A DNA stretch of 64,000 nt from Pseudomonadota bacterium (GTDB taxonomy: Bacteria > Pseudomonadota > Alphaproteobacteria > RF32 > CAG-239): positions 18,971-82,970 of the forward strand of contig JAUNIW010000001.1 in NCBI GenBank assembly GCA_030523245.1. Reading direction: 5' to 3'. Positions 1 to 9,967 of this stretch are shown in pieces (the stretch's first letter is position 1; each line of letters begins with the position of its first letter). The notes beneath the pieces were generated by a model, which searched no databases, was not told the origin of the DNA, and worked only from the letters and a program-made list of their open reading frames with translations. The position numbers were made by a program, and so were the translations under genes.

Positions 1-1
1 T

Positions 2-952
2 GATGCTTCTTTTGAAAAGAGCCTGATAGAAGGAGCTTCGGAACAACAGATAGAAACATATACGGCTATCCATAAAAAACTGATGGAAGAAGCGGATTGT
101 TATGTTGCCGTGCGCGGATACGATGATGTATTTGCGTTTTCTGATGCAGCTGTCAGAGATATGGATAAATTCGGCAGGATTTTTCAGGAACAGGTCCACA
201 TGCGCACCCGTCTGCCCAAAACCCGCTGGTGTGTTTTGCGCTGGCCGAACACGAGCATGGCTGCAATGTCCCGAATGTCCCTGAAACAATTTGAAGATTT
301 TTATTTCTCGGCTTGTCTGGTAGATTATCGCAAAATGGGGCAGGCAATGCTGCCGCTGAAACAGCTGATGGATAAAACGGATAAGGTGCATATTAAAGGG
401 CATGATACGGATTTAACTTTTTCCCTGAAAGGAATTAAGGCAATTGTCTGTGATGGAAAAATGAATATCCCTGACGGTGAAGTTTACAGCGCACCTGTAA
501 AAGATTCTCTGAACGGCTATGTTCAGTTTAATACGGATACCATGTATGACGGTGTTTTTTATTCTAATATCCGTCTGGAGTTTAAAAATGGGCGGATTAT
601 CAAAGGAACATCACTGGTTAATAACGAAAAATTTCAGAGAATGCTGGATACGGATGCCGGAAGCCGTTATATAGGTGAATTTGCTTTAGGCGTAAATCCT
701 TATATTACGCATCCTATTTTGGATATTCTGTTTGATGAAAAAACGTGTGGTTCTTTTCACATGGCTATCGGAAATTCTTATGAAGACGAAACAAACAACG
801 GTAATAAATCATCCATTCACTGGGATTTGGTGAAAATTCAGACAGCAGAGAACGGTGGCGGAGAAATCTGGTTTGATGATAAGTTAATCAGGAAAGACGG
901 CATTTTTATCGTGCCGGAATTAGAAGGATTAAATCCTGACAATCTTAAATAG
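2..952 (+). CDS. M29-family aminopeptidase (AmpS/PepS-like), 5' end outside window
   Basis: Frame 2 is open from the window edge (DASFEKSLIEG...) into the 289-aa ORF. The C-terminal half carries M29 aminopeptidase T/S-like signatures GEFALGVNP, FHMAIGNSY and SIHWDLV. Confidence 0.65.
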   Translation, partial: DASFEKSLIEGASEQQIETYTAIHKKLMEEADCYVAVRGYDDVFAFSDAAVRDMDKFGRIFQEQVHMRTRLPKTRWCVLRWPNTSMAAMSRMSLKQFEDFYFSACLVDYRKMGQAMLPLKQLMDKTDKVHIKGHDTDLTFSLKGIKAIVCDGKMNIPDGEVYSAPVKDSLNGYVQFNTDTMYDGVFYSNIRLEFKNGRIIKGTSLVNNEKFQRMLDTDAGSRYIGEFALGVNPYITHPILDILFDEKTCGSFHMAIGNSYEDETNNGNKSSIHWDLVKIQTAENGGGEIWFDDKLIRKDGIFIVPELEGLNPDNLK

Positions 953-1008
953 AATTTAAGATTTGTCGGATAATCTGGAAAAATACCAAATAATAAAAGG
1001 AAAATGTT

Positions 1009-1974
1009 ATGGTTAGAATTAACGATGCTTATCATTCAGATATTTACATTACGCCGGATAAACAAATGTTTGTTCCGGATTCAAAATCTGAATTCGGTTT
1101 AGCACAAATATATCCGGACGATTTTGATGAATTTTATAATCTTCTGGAAAATACATATCAGGGAAAATCAAGCTATTCTATTATATATGAAGGTTTTTTC
1201 TTTCGTGTAGAACGAACTGTTTCTATGTATGGCGTTATGTTCTGTATGCGTAAGATGCCGAAAAAAGTTCCGGATTTAATCAGTCTGGGATATCCGCTGC
1301 CTCTCGTCAAATATTTATCCGCGCTGAGCAGTGCTTCAGGCCTGATTCTTTTGGGTGGTGCTACCGGTTCGGGAAAAACAACGACTATTTCGAGTTTGCT
1401 GCGTGAATATCTAATAAGAGACGGCGGATTTGCTTATACCATTGAAGATCCGTTTGAAATGCCTTTAGATGGTGAGTATCATGCTGCAAACGGTTCTATC
1501 GGTTTGTGTAAACAGACACAGCCTGTTAATGATGATTGGGGAGCCTCTTTGCGTTCGGCACTGCGTTCTCGTCCGCGCTATATCATGATAGGCGAAATCC
1601 GTTCTCCTGAGGCGGCCAGTGAATGTCTGCGTGCCTCGACATCAGGACACTTGGTGTTGGCAACAATTCACGCCAACAATGTATCAGATGCAATTGATGC
1701 TTTAATAAAACATGCTTCCGGCGGAGAAATGAGCGAAGAACTGGCCTTCGACTTATTATCACGCGGAGTATTGGGTGTTATTCACCAGCAGTTGGTCGGT
1801 ATCGGACAGAAACGTCCGGTTGTGCAGTATTTATTTGCCAATCCGAACACAACACAGGGTGACCAAACCAGAAATATTATCAAATCAGGCAAAATAAATC
1901 TGGCTACAACCATTGAAACACAGATGACACGTATGGCTCAGGGCCGTCCGTTATTTGATGTTGTCGTAAAATAG
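1009..1974 (+). CDS. PilT/PilU/DotB-class secretion ATPase (possible pilus retraction ATPase)
   Basis: 321 aa. Walker A GGATGSGKTTT, Walker B/Asp box RYIMIGEIRS, His box SGHLVLATIHANN. The FFFRVERT...MRKMPKKVPDLISLGYP segment resembles the PilT RFRVN...R.IP motif. Its size fits the PilT class rather than the GspE/PilB class. It is convergent with the pilin-like gene. Confidence 0.7.
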   Translation: MVRINDAYHSDIYITPDKQMFVPDSKSEFGLAQIYPDDFDEFYNLLENTYQGKSSYSIIYEGFFFRVERTVSMYGVMFCMRKMPKKVPDLISLGYPLPLVKYLSALSSASGLILLGGATGSGKTTTISSLLREYLIRDGGFAYTIEDPFEMPLDGEYHAANGSIGLCKQTQPVNDDWGASLRSALRSRPRYIMIGEIRSPEAASECLRASTSGHLVLATIHANNVSDAIDALIKHASGGEMSEELAFDLLSRGVLGVIHQQLVGIGQKRPVVQYLFANPNTTQGDQTRNIIKSGKINLATTIETQMTRMAQGRPLFDVVVK

Positions 1975-2037
1975 TTTGTCCTATTACCGAAACTGCCGCC
2001 CTTATGCTAAAGGCGGCAGTTTTTCTTTTATGTGGAA

Positions 2038-2583
2038 TTATTGGAATGTCCAGCTGATAATATTGTCTTTTGCCTGACAAAAGTTGCGGGCAGAATATTT
2101 GGCAACCGGCAAAGAATTTTGTCCGCCCCATGAAAATTCGGTTTCGGCTTGTGCCGTAATAATCGTAATTTTCAACAGAGTCAGAGACGCTTGTTCTTTC
2201 AGAGGCATTTCGATTAAAGACACACAGGCCGATTTATTCAGATTTTTGACGGTGATATCAAAACTCATATCACTGGGAAAGCCTTGTTCGCCATTGATAC
2301 CCTGACCTGCCTGAATATCATAATCTTTATATTTCAGTAAATCATCGCGCAACAGATTGTCTTGTTTTGCCGATTGTGTCGACAGTTTCCAGTATCCGGG
2401 CGTATCCCGATAATAATTACGAATTCGTTCAGCCGTGGCAAAAACGGCTTGCTGCAAATCTTTATACGGATTATGGAATAAAAAAATACTCAGACCGATA
2501 CATAAGGCCAGCAAAACAGACAGAACAATAATGCCTGCAAATCCGTTTAGTTTGGCTTTTTCAAAGTCTATCTGCCTGACCAT
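2038..2583 (-). CDS. type IVb pilin-like protein (PilS position)
   Basis: The ATG at 2583 is preceded by AAGGAG; the ORF-track start at 2691 would overlap the upstream gene. 181 aa. A charged leader MVRQIDFEKAKLNG is followed by the hydrophobic helix FAGIIVLSVLLALCIGLSIFLF. Two C-terminal Cys (SACVS...NFCQ) resemble a pilin D-region. It is the last gene of the pilus operon, as pilS is in R64. There is no Glu at +5, so the call is tentative. Confidence 0.45.
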   Translation of the reverse strand: MVRQIDFEKAKLNGFAGIIVLSVLLALCIGLSIFLFHNPYKDLQQAVFATAERIRNYYRDTPGYWKLSTQSAKQDNLLRDDLLKYKDYDIQAGQGINGEQGFPSDMSFDITVKNLNKSACVSLIEMPLKEQASLTLLKITIITAQAETEFSWGGQNSLPVAKYSARNFCQAKDNIISWTFQ

Positions 2584-2599
2584 TGTGTATCTCCTTATA

Positions 2600-3718
2600 T
2601 TATTTACCCATAGCGCTGGTAATCTGATCTTGCATATCGAAAGTAGCAAACACGGCCCAGGCAATAATACCGGAAACGGCAAACATTGCAATCATGTTCA
2701 TAATTTCCGCGCGTTGTTCAATCAGATAAACAGATTCTTCCAGCCATTCATTAGCGAGTTTATCCAAAGCCTCTTCAAAGTTATCCAATTCGGAATAAAT
2801 TTTCAAATCGGTAATAATCATCTTATCCGGAAATTCATGTCCGGCTTTATCCAGAGCTTGTCCGAGGTTGTCACCGTTTTTAATATGAAACAGGGCGCCG
2901 TCTATTCTTTCTTTCAGATATTTATTGGCATCACGTCTGAGTGAAGTCAGGGCAACAGATACCGGAACGCCGCCTTTTACAAGTGCCGATAAGGCCAAAA
3001 GCCAAGTAATACCGGTAAAAATTTTATACAAGGACCAAGGCGGACAATGGTCAAATTTAACACGGGTAATACCGGTCCAGAAACCAATAGTCAAATAAAT
3101 CGCCAGACCTATAATCGGAAAGACCGAAAAGGCAAGCGGCCAGTTTACCTGAATCCAGTCGGACAAATCAACCAGTGTTTTAGCTGTTCCGGTCCAGCGG
3201 GTGTTTGGCGCAGCGCTGAGCATCGGCGGCACCATATAAACACCGATAGCCCAGAGAATAACCACGGACATCATCAACAAAAATGACGGATAGGTAATGG
3301 CACTGACAATTGGTCGTATCATACGAGTCGAACCCTCTGTAACTTTAATCAGGTTTAATAAAGCGCTTTCCAAATCAGATACATCGCCGACGGAAAGCAT
3401 CAGGCGCTCACGGCTCGGCGCCCATCCCTTCAGACAATCGGAAAACGGATGACCTTCCTGCAGGGAACGTCCCCAGCAGCCGACAGCAACAGCCATAGGG
3501 TTGCTCGGATGTTTTCCGTCTTCGGACAAACCGTTATATATCATATCCAGAGCATTCATCAATGAAAAACGGTTGCGAAGCAGAGCGGCAAGTTTGCGGT
3601 AAATCTTTAAACGTCCCTGATTTGAAATAGAACACATTATTTTTGCATAAGACATAAGCCATTGATTGTTGTTGCGCATGGCTTTGTTAAAGGCACTTTG
3701 TTTTTTTATCTCAGGCAT
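2600..3718 (-). CDS. type IV pilus inner-membrane platform protein (GspF/PilC/PilR family)
   Basis: 372 aa with alternating soluble helical regions and about 3 TM segments (ITYPSFLLMMSVVILWAIGVYMV, WPLAFSVFPIIGLAIYLTIGFW, IAMFAVSGIIAWAVFATF). It lies immediately downstream of the GspE-type ATPase, as pilR does in R64-type operons. Confidence 0.7.
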   Translation of the reverse strand: MPEIKKQSAFNKAMRNNNQWLMSYAKIMCSISNQGRLKIYRKLAALLRNRFSLMNALDMIYNGLSEDGKHPSNPMAVAVGCWGRSLQEGHPFSDCLKGWAPSRERLMLSVGDVSDLESALLNLIKVTEGSTRMIRPIVSAITYPSFLLMMSVVILWAIGVYMVPPMLSAAPNTRWTGTAKTLVDLSDWIQVNWPLAFSVFPIIGLAIYLTIGFWTGITRVKFDHCPPWSLYKIFTGITWLLALSALVKGGVPVSVALTSLRRDANKYLKERIDGALFHIKNGDNLGQALDKAGHEFPDKMIITDLKIYSELDNFEEALDKLANEWLEESVYLIEQRAEIMNMIAMFAVSGIIAWAVFATFDMQDQITSAMGK

Positions 3719-3727
3719 TTTTCACTC

Positions 3728-5509
3728 CTAATAAATCGGCCGTTGGTCCAGCAGGCCGCACCAGCGTTCGATTTCATCCAAATCAATATATCCTTTTAAC
3801 ATACGTTCGATAGCGGCTTCACGCAGCGGACGTCCGTCAAGCTCACTGACCCAGTAGTCAATAGCATTTTTGGTATCACCGTTGACCATAAGCTGCAAAA
3901 AGTGAGCATCCGGCACAATAATTTCCGGAACAGACATACGGCCGATAACGCCTCTGTGTTCACAATATTTACACCCCGGACCGCGAAGATAGGTGTTTTC
4001 TACACCATAGTCACCTAAAGCTGTTTTCAGTCTTTGAAAAGACGGGTCACTCATGCGTTCTTTAATGGAGATGCGACAATACGGGCAAATTTTTCGGAAC
4101 AGACGCTGAGAAATCAACCCTTTCATAATTTCCGGATCACTCAACATATACGGCTGCACACCCATATCCCGCAGACGGGTTATAATTGCCGGAGCAGAGT
4201 TGGCGTGCAGGGTCGACCACACGCTGTGTCCGGACAATGCGCCCTTAAACACCAAATCTGCCGCAGAAAGCGAACGAATTTCACCGACCATCATAACATC
4301 AGGGTCAGAACGCAATGCTGCCGACAAGGCTTTTGTAAACTCTTCATCTTTTTGTTCTTCGGTATTGGCATTTGTCACCGGCATTTGCCGCGCACCGGGA
4401 ATAGGATATTCCGGCGGATCTTCCACGGTAATTACGTTAATTTCACCATTACGTTCCTGAATGAGTTTAATCATATTTCTCTGCAGTGTCGTAGATTTAC
4501 CGGAGCCGGTCGGACCGGCCACGATGTTCAAACCGACGGCAGTAGCACGCAATCGATAAAACAGATTAAGTTCTCTTTCGCCTAAACCCAGAGATTTTAA
4601 GTCACCGTTACCATTAGGATTATCATCGGCGTACAACAAACGCATAACCAAATACTGAGAACCGAAAGCAACAGGATTAAATTGCAGACGAATAGCCAGA
4701 ACATTATGAGGCAGTGTTAATTTACCGTCTGTTCCGCGCAAAGGCGTTGATCCCAGTTTTTGGGCGCCCTGAAATTCATTTTGGGCATAGTTGGCATCAG
4801 AAATATCGGCTGAGGCAAAAGCCGCACGCACAAAAGCTTCTCCCCATTCTTTGGCATATTCCAGCTCACGCTCCATCATACCGTTGACGCGGAAAAGAAT
4901 TAAAGTAGAATCAGCCACGACAACATGAACATCGGAAACTTTTCGCGCGGCTGCACGGTTAATAACGCCCAGAAAGTCAATCTGCATCTGGTAATCAGAA
5001 GACTCTTGGGCCGTCATATTGATTTTGCCGTCGCCGCGGGTTGCATAGGCATAAATGGCTGCTATTTCCTGACTGGAAACATATTTGGGCGGATTTATGT
5101 GCAGCTTACGGCGTTTGGCAATGGAGGTAAAGTTTAAAACCTGACCGTCAAAGCGGTGGGCTTCATCAATTAAATAAGTTCCGTCTGAAAACAGAACAAG
5201 CATACGGCGTGTTTCGCTGTTAATGTTTAAATCGCCGTCTTCAATCGTTAAAACTTTATTGTCGTTAGCAAAGAGTTTTTTCAGAATATTACCGCCGCCG
5301 TCACCACCGGAATCTGTTGAGTCCTCAATAATATCCGAACTCTTTTTTTCTTCTTTTTTTGGTGCATCCGTTTTTTGGGTTTGAACGGCAGTCGCTGGTT
5401 GAGGTGTCGGATTTGGCTGTGAAACAGGCGCTGCAGGCTTAAGCGCGCCGGGGCTGATCCGCTCGGCGCTGCTTAAAGTCTGTACTTGTTTTACATCCTG
5501 TTCTGTCAT
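3728..5509 (-). CDS. type IV pilus assembly ATPase (GspE/PilB/PilQ family)
   Basis: 593 aa. Walker A GPTGSGKSTTL, MMVGEIRS, His box SGHSVWSTLHANS, and a tetracysteine zinc motif CPYC...CKYC typical of GspE-class ATPases. The N-terminus is low-complexity and Pro/Thr/Lys-rich. Confidence 0.85.
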   Translation of the reverse strand: MTEQDVKQVQTLSSAERISPGALKPAAPVSQPNPTPQPATAVQTQKTDAPKKEEKKSSDIIEDSTDSGGDGGGNILKKLFANDNKVLTIEDGDLNINSETRRMLVLFSDGTYLIDEAHRFDGQVLNFTSIAKRRKLHINPPKYVSSQEIAAIYAYATRGDGKINMTAQESSDYQMQIDFLGVINRAAARKVSDVHVVVADSTLILFRVNGMMERELEYAKEWGEAFVRAAFASADISDANYAQNEFQGAQKLGSTPLRGTDGKLTLPHNVLAIRLQFNPVAFGSQYLVMRLLYADDNPNGNGDLKSLGLGERELNLFYRLRATAVGLNIVAGPTGSGKSTTLQRNMIKLIQERNGEINVITVEDPPEYPIPGARQMPVTNANTEEQKDEEFTKALSAALRSDPDVMMVGEIRSLSAADLVFKGALSGHSVWSTLHANSAPAIITRLRDMGVQPYMLSDPEIMKGLISQRLFRKICPYCRISIKERMSDPSFQRLKTALGDYGVENTYLRGPGCKYCEHRGVIGRMSVPEIIVPDAHFLQLMVNGDTKNAIDYWVSELDGRPLREAAIERMLKGYIDLDEIERWCGLLDQRPIY

Positions 5510-5512
5510 TTT

Positions 5513-7081
5513 TTATTCAACAAACATTCCTTGACCGGTAAAACCAACATTGGCAACTTTAGGTTTTGACGAAACTTTTTTATTTTTGTTTGGTTGTGCA
5601 GCCGGTTTTGATACGGCTGCCGGAGCAGCCTCTCCGGAACTGCCGCCGGTTGTCGTCGTTGCTGCACCGCGAACATTGCGGACAACATTAGCGTTGTTAA
5701 CAACACCTTTTGCGGCTACAGGCGTTTTATCCGCCCCGTTGAAAGATGCTTCCGGTTCATATTCGCGAACTGTTCCGCCGGTGTACAGATAACTTTTGAC
5801 ACCTTTGTTATCAAACGCAATATAATTATCCGTAATAGCCATAACGACTTCGCCGCCTTTAAGCATAGACCCCTGATGGACAATAAATGTTGTTCCTTCT
5901 TTGTTAATAATTTTAGCCACAATTTCTTTACCTTTTCCGGTAATATCCATAATAGCATATTCATCAGACATATCAATAGCATTTTCGTCTATGCCTTCTG
6001 CAAACGGATTAGCCGAATTACCGGATTTGAGCTGCTGAATGGTTTCTTCATTCTGCATAATTGTTTTTTTCAGGTTAGAAATTTGAGATTTGAACGATGT
6101 AACAATTCTCTCATGAGAAGATTTTGCATCTTGAGCTCTTTGAATTGTTGCACCGGTTTCTCTGTGGATAGCTGCAATTTTATTTTCAAAGTCTTTAATC
6201 AGTGCTTTTCGTTCATCACGCAGCTGTTGTACCTGATTCTGTAAAGCAGCATTTTTTTCGACCCATTTCTGGTTAACGACCAGCATTTCATTCATGTATT
6301 CATTCAAAATGCGAGCCTGACGAACTTTTTCGAGTTCCATTTCAGCACGTTTTAATTTTTCTTGTGCTTCCATTTCTTTGATTTTACGCTGATTTTCTTC
6401 TTCTTTAAGACGTGTTTCTTCAGCTTTTTTCCGGTTAGCCTCTTCTTCTTTGGCTTTTTGGCGTTGGATTCTCAAAGCTTCAATACGATTTCTGACCTCT
6501 TCGCGTTTATATTCCAAATTCAAAATAGTTGTTTGCTTTTCGATATTTGACATTTGGTTAAACAAGCTGTTGTCTACTTTGGAAAGAATAGCGTTGCCGA
6601 AATTTTCAAAAGGGGATTTCGGGGCTTCGACAACAGCCGGCGCATCGGAATCGGCCAAAGCGCTTTCTAAAGTTTTTTTCCCTTCCGGAGTAGAAGTATC
6701 CGGCAAAGAATTTAAATCAATTCCGTCAGCACTGCCGGCCGGAACATCCGGAGACAACATATCGTTCGGCGACGTCGGCGCGGTTTCACCATTATTCGGC
6801 GCCTGAGCCTCATTTTCTGCTTCGTTTAAAGCAGGGGCAGGTTCTTGGACATCACCATTTGCTTCGTTCTGAGGCAAAACAGCCGGTGTGTCAGCCGGTG
6901 CATCCGGAGTTTCCTCGTCAAGTCCGAACAAATCATCAGTATCTGATGCATGGGGAACAGAATTACCGGTCTCGGTCGGAGCGGTCGTTGCCTGTGCGTA
7001 AGTCGCTTGGCTGAAAGTCATCATTGCCGCAAAAGCGACAGCAATCATGGCAATACTTTTATTTTTTAAATTATAGCTCAT
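5513..7081 (-). CDS. PilP-like pilus biogenesis protein with long coiled-coil extension
   Basis: The start at ATG 7081 gives the signal peptide MSYNLKNKSIAMIAVAFAAMMTFSQATYA. The N-terminus is acidic and disordered, the centre is a Lys/Glu/Gln coiled coil, and the C-terminal beta-domain (MDITGKGKEIVAKIINKEGTTFIVHQGSMLKGGEVVMAITDNYIAF) resembles the PilP fold pattern. It lies between the PilO-like gene and the ATPase gene, as in R64. Confidence 0.45.
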   Translation of the reverse strand: MSYNLKNKSIAMIAVAFAAMMTFSQATYAQATTAPTETGNSVPHASDTDDLFGLDEETPDAPADTPAVLPQNEANGDVQEPAPALNEAENEAQAPNNGETAPTSPNDMLSPDVPAGSADGIDLNSLPDTSTPEGKKTLESALADSDAPAVVEAPKSPFENFGNAILSKVDNSLFNQMSNIEKQTTILNLEYKREEVRNRIEALRIQRQKAKEEEANRKKAEETRLKEEENQRKIKEMEAQEKLKRAEMELEKVRQARILNEYMNEMLVVNQKWVEKNAALQNQVQQLRDERKALIKDFENKIAAIHRETGATIQRAQDAKSSHERIVTSFKSQISNLKKTIMQNEETIQQLKSGNSANPFAEGIDENAIDMSDEYAIMDITGKGKEIVAKIINKEGTTFIVHQGSMLKGGEVVMAITDNYIAFDNKGVKSYLYTGGTVREYEPEASFNGADKTPVAAKGVVNNANVVRNVRGAATTTTGGSSGEAAPAAVSKPAAQPNKNKKVSSKPKVANVGFTGQGMFVE

Positions 7082-8315
7082 AGATTTCCCCCTTGTAAGT
7101 CCAAGTGCTGCTGTTGATATCATAAGTTATTTCTGTAACAGATAAACCTGAAAATTTCATTAACAATTCAATCCAAGTCAGCGGGTCATTATTTGATGAT
7201 ACGCTGAAATCCAGAATATTATACAATTTTCCGCGTGGAGATGTCCAACTTTTCCGTTCCACTTTAATTTCGGTAGATAAAGTTTGATTCAAATCGTTTA
7301 TAATATTGCGTAAATCCTGATCATTATATTCCGGCGGAGAATTCAAAGTTGATATTTCACTGATAGGAACGGTTATCATAAAGGTATCACCGTCTTCGGA
7401 AATAGCGCGGGATGTAAAGTTTACTCCGGAAACATTCAGAGCCTGTTCCATCCAGGTAATACGCCCCAAATCACGTTTCCAAGAGGTAACAAGTCCTCCG
7501 GAATTACAGGTAACACCTTCCATTGACCACCCCGGTGTGACAATTTGCACAACTTTTTTGGTCGCATCAAAACATTCTTTCATCAGGTCTACCGGATTAT
7601 TGATAGTTTCCCATGGTTTTGGTTCCGGTGGTTCGGGAGCCGGTGCCTGAACTTGTTCCACCGGCGCAATAACAGGTGTTTCCGGTGCGGCAAAGAAGAT
7701 GCTTTGTATGGTTGAGTAGCCATACCACAAGATAATGGCGAAACCAACAATAACAACACCGAGCATAATAATGTCATTGTTACCGTTTATCTTTTCAAGT
7801 TTGACGAGCAGACCGCGGCCGATCAGGGTTGCCAGAGCATCTGGTTTTGTATCTTCAATTCCCCATTCGGCCGGAGCAAAAAGCATATCCCAATCCGGTA
7901 CGGCCAGCATCGAAATAAACTGGTCTTTGGCGTCTTTTTCGTTGACAAATAAGGTGTCGCCGTCCGAAAGGATAACATCATTTCTGAAACAGATGTACCA
8001 CCAGCCGTTATCAACTTTAAATACACCCAGAAAAGAGGTAACATTGCCCAACGCCGTAACCAAAGCAATGGCGGCTGAAGGCAAACCGTGGGTAAAACCT
8101 TGTGATGAAGCAGCCAGTCCGAACTGGGAAGATTTTCCTTTTCGGACGGCATAGAGGTCTGCGCCTTCCAGAATGTTTTCAGCAGCTTCTTTAACTTCGG
8201 GCAGCGGACTGTCCTCGTTGATTAGAGGTTGCCAAAACAAACTGGCAGCGTAGGTTATCCCGCCTTCACTGAAGGAGGACTTCCATGCTTTTTCTTCTAC
8301 AATATCATCAGCCAC
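7071..8315 (-). CDS. PilO-like type IVb pilus accessory protein
   Basis: 414 aa with one central TM (IIMLGVVIVGFAIILWYGY). It sits directly after the secretin gene, as pilO/pilO2 does in R64/PAPI-1 operons. Its stop overlaps the next gene. Sequence similarity is recalled, not searched. Confidence 0.5.
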   Translation of the reverse strand: MADDIVEEKAWKSSFSEGGITYAASLFWQPLINEDSPLPEVKEAAENILEGADLYAVRKGKSSQFGLAASSQGFTHGLPSAAIALVTALGNVTSFLGVFKVDNGWWYICFRNDVILSDGDTLFVNEKDAKDQFISMLAVPDWDMLFAPAEWGIEDTKPDALATLIGRGLLVKLEKINGNNDIIMLGVVIVGFAIILWYGYSTIQSIFFAAPETPVIAPVEQVQAPAPEPPEPKPWETINNPVDLMKECFDATKKVVQIVTPGWSMEGVTCNSGGLVTSWKRDLGRITWMEQALNVSGVNFTSRAISEDGDTFMITVPISEISTLNSPPEYNDQDLRNIINDLNQTLSTEIKVERKSWTSPRGKLYNILDFSVSSNNDPLTWIELLMKFSGLSVTEITYDINSSTWTYKGEIYEL

Positions 8316-8332
8316 GGATTTTCTCCTCTAAG

Positions 8333-9967
8333 TTAGTTCATTCTGGATTCCGGAGACAATGGAGATTCCAAGACAACCGGTGTTAACATAATGACCAGAA
8401 TCGTTCTGTCTTTTTTGGCACTCTGAGAACCGCCCAACAGGGTGTTCTTTGGTGAGCCGACACCTTTTTTGTCAGTGGTGTCTTCAACACGTTCATAACC
8501 GGCCAGAATAAGTGTTTCACCTGATTTCAAAGCCACTTCCTGAGTAAAGCCGCGCGTTTCGATAACAGGGTTTTGAATAAATTCGCTGTCTCCGCCCGAA
8601 CTGCCGGAATCACCGCCCTCTTCAGAACCGTCGCCGGAGCTTGACGAATTGCCGCCGGATACATTAACGGCATCCAAAGACAACAAGTCGGACAAAGTCA
8701 GGTTAAAGAACATTAAAATACGGCCATGATCCAAGATACGCGGTAAAACGCTCATAGTAAAGCCGGTTTCAATTTCTTCCGTTTCGACAGAGATATCATA
8801 AGTATCGGAGTCACCGCTGTTTGTTTTGGTAATTTCCGAAATATAGTTCTGGGTTTTGACAACCTGAATCGGAGCCGGTTTATTGTTCATTGTCGTAACC
8901 GTACCGCTGGTAACCAGATTGGTCTGTCCTTCCTGAGACAAAGCCTGCATAGCAGCATCAACACTCCAACGGCTTGAACTGATACCCATGGTTAAATCTG
9001 TCAGAGGATTATCCAGAGTGGAAGTCGTGTGGCCCGTGATATCTTTAATTGAACCGCGTCCGTTGAAGGTAGCGGACAAATCCAGACTGTATTGATCAGA
9101 GTTGGATATGTTAACCTGAATAACTTTTACACTGATAGCCACCTGCTTGGATACGCGCTGATTTTGTTCATTGATGAATTTAGCGACGCGTTTGATATCT
9201 GTCGGAGTTGCCGTCAGGGTAATCGTACCGGCTCCCTTATCCATAACCAGATTAGAGTCGGATGTAATCATGGAACTGATTGTGCTTTGAATGTTGCCCC
9301 ACATATCCATGCCGTCAACGGAACTGCTCTGCGAAATGCTGGCCGAACCGCCCGAACCACCGACGGAGACGCTTAAGGACGGGTTTGTCGGCAAAGAATA
9401 GAGAACAAATGTTTTGGTTATATATTTATAGAAATAAATTTCATTCTTTTCATATTTCCACCAAATACCGAAACGATTGGAAACTTCATCCAACAAACCG
9501 CTGATTGGGCCTTTGTAGTTAACAATCATCTTGCTGGAATCAGTCCATTGTACACCGATATCTTTCATTGCCGGCTGGTTTTTATCGGCGTTGGAAATGG
9601 CATTTTCTTCTAATTCCGGCGCATAACGAACGGACAAAGAAGTAATTTTGTTAATCATACTGCCGATTTCAAAAAGAGTTATCGGGCGGTTACTGATTAA
9701 GGTAATACCGTCTTTAGTTTCAAGATAAGCCGGAACAGGCTGCCCTTCAAATTCGATATTACTTGTATCACCGAGCCAGATATCATTTTTTACTCTGATG
9801 ACATCATCAGGAATAGGCTGACTCGGCAGAGCTGCTTTTTGTTTAAGGTCAAGAGCATTCTCTGTCTGACGGGCCATTGTTTTATCCATTTCCGGTGAAA
9901 CGGAACAAGCTACGGTAACACCCAAAATACCTATAACGGCAAGTTTTACCAGATTAGTCATACGCAT
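8333..9967 (-). CDS. type IVb pilus secretin, lipoprotein (PilN/BfpB-like)
   Basis: The ATG at 9967 has a GGAGG SD. The signal ends ...GVTVAC (lipobox-like). The C-terminal secretin-domain pattern is VTTMNNKPAPIQVVKTQNYI, ETGFTMSVLPRILDHGRILMFFNLTLSDL, TILVIMLTPVVL. A Gly/Ser/Asp-rich insert (GGNSSSSGDGSEEGGDSGSSGGDSE) is present. Confidence 0.8.
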   Translation of the reverse strand: MRMTNLVKLAVIGILGVTVACSVSPEMDKTMARQTENALDLKQKAALPSQPIPDDVIRVKNDIWLGDTSNIEFEGQPVPAYLETKDGITLISNRPITLFEIGSMINKITSLSVRYAPELEENAISNADKNQPAMKDIGVQWTDSSKMIVNYKGPISGLLDEVSNRFGIWWKYEKNEIYFYKYITKTFVLYSLPTNPSLSVSVGGSGGSASISQSSSVDGMDMWGNIQSTISSMITSDSNLVMDKGAGTITLTATPTDIKRVAKFINEQNQRVSKQVAISVKVIQVNISNSDQYSLDLSATFNGRGSIKDITGHTTSTLDNPLTDLTMGISSSRWSVDAAMQALSQEGQTNLVTSGTVTTMNNKPAPIQVVKTQNYISEITKTNSGDSDTYDISVETEEIETGFTMSVLPRILDHGRILMFFNLTLSDLLSLDAVNVSGGNSSSSGDGSEEGGDSGSSGGDSEFIQNPVIETRGFTQEVALKSGETLILAGYERVEDTTDKKGVGSPKNTLLGGSQSAKKDRTILVIMLTPVVLESPLSPESRMN

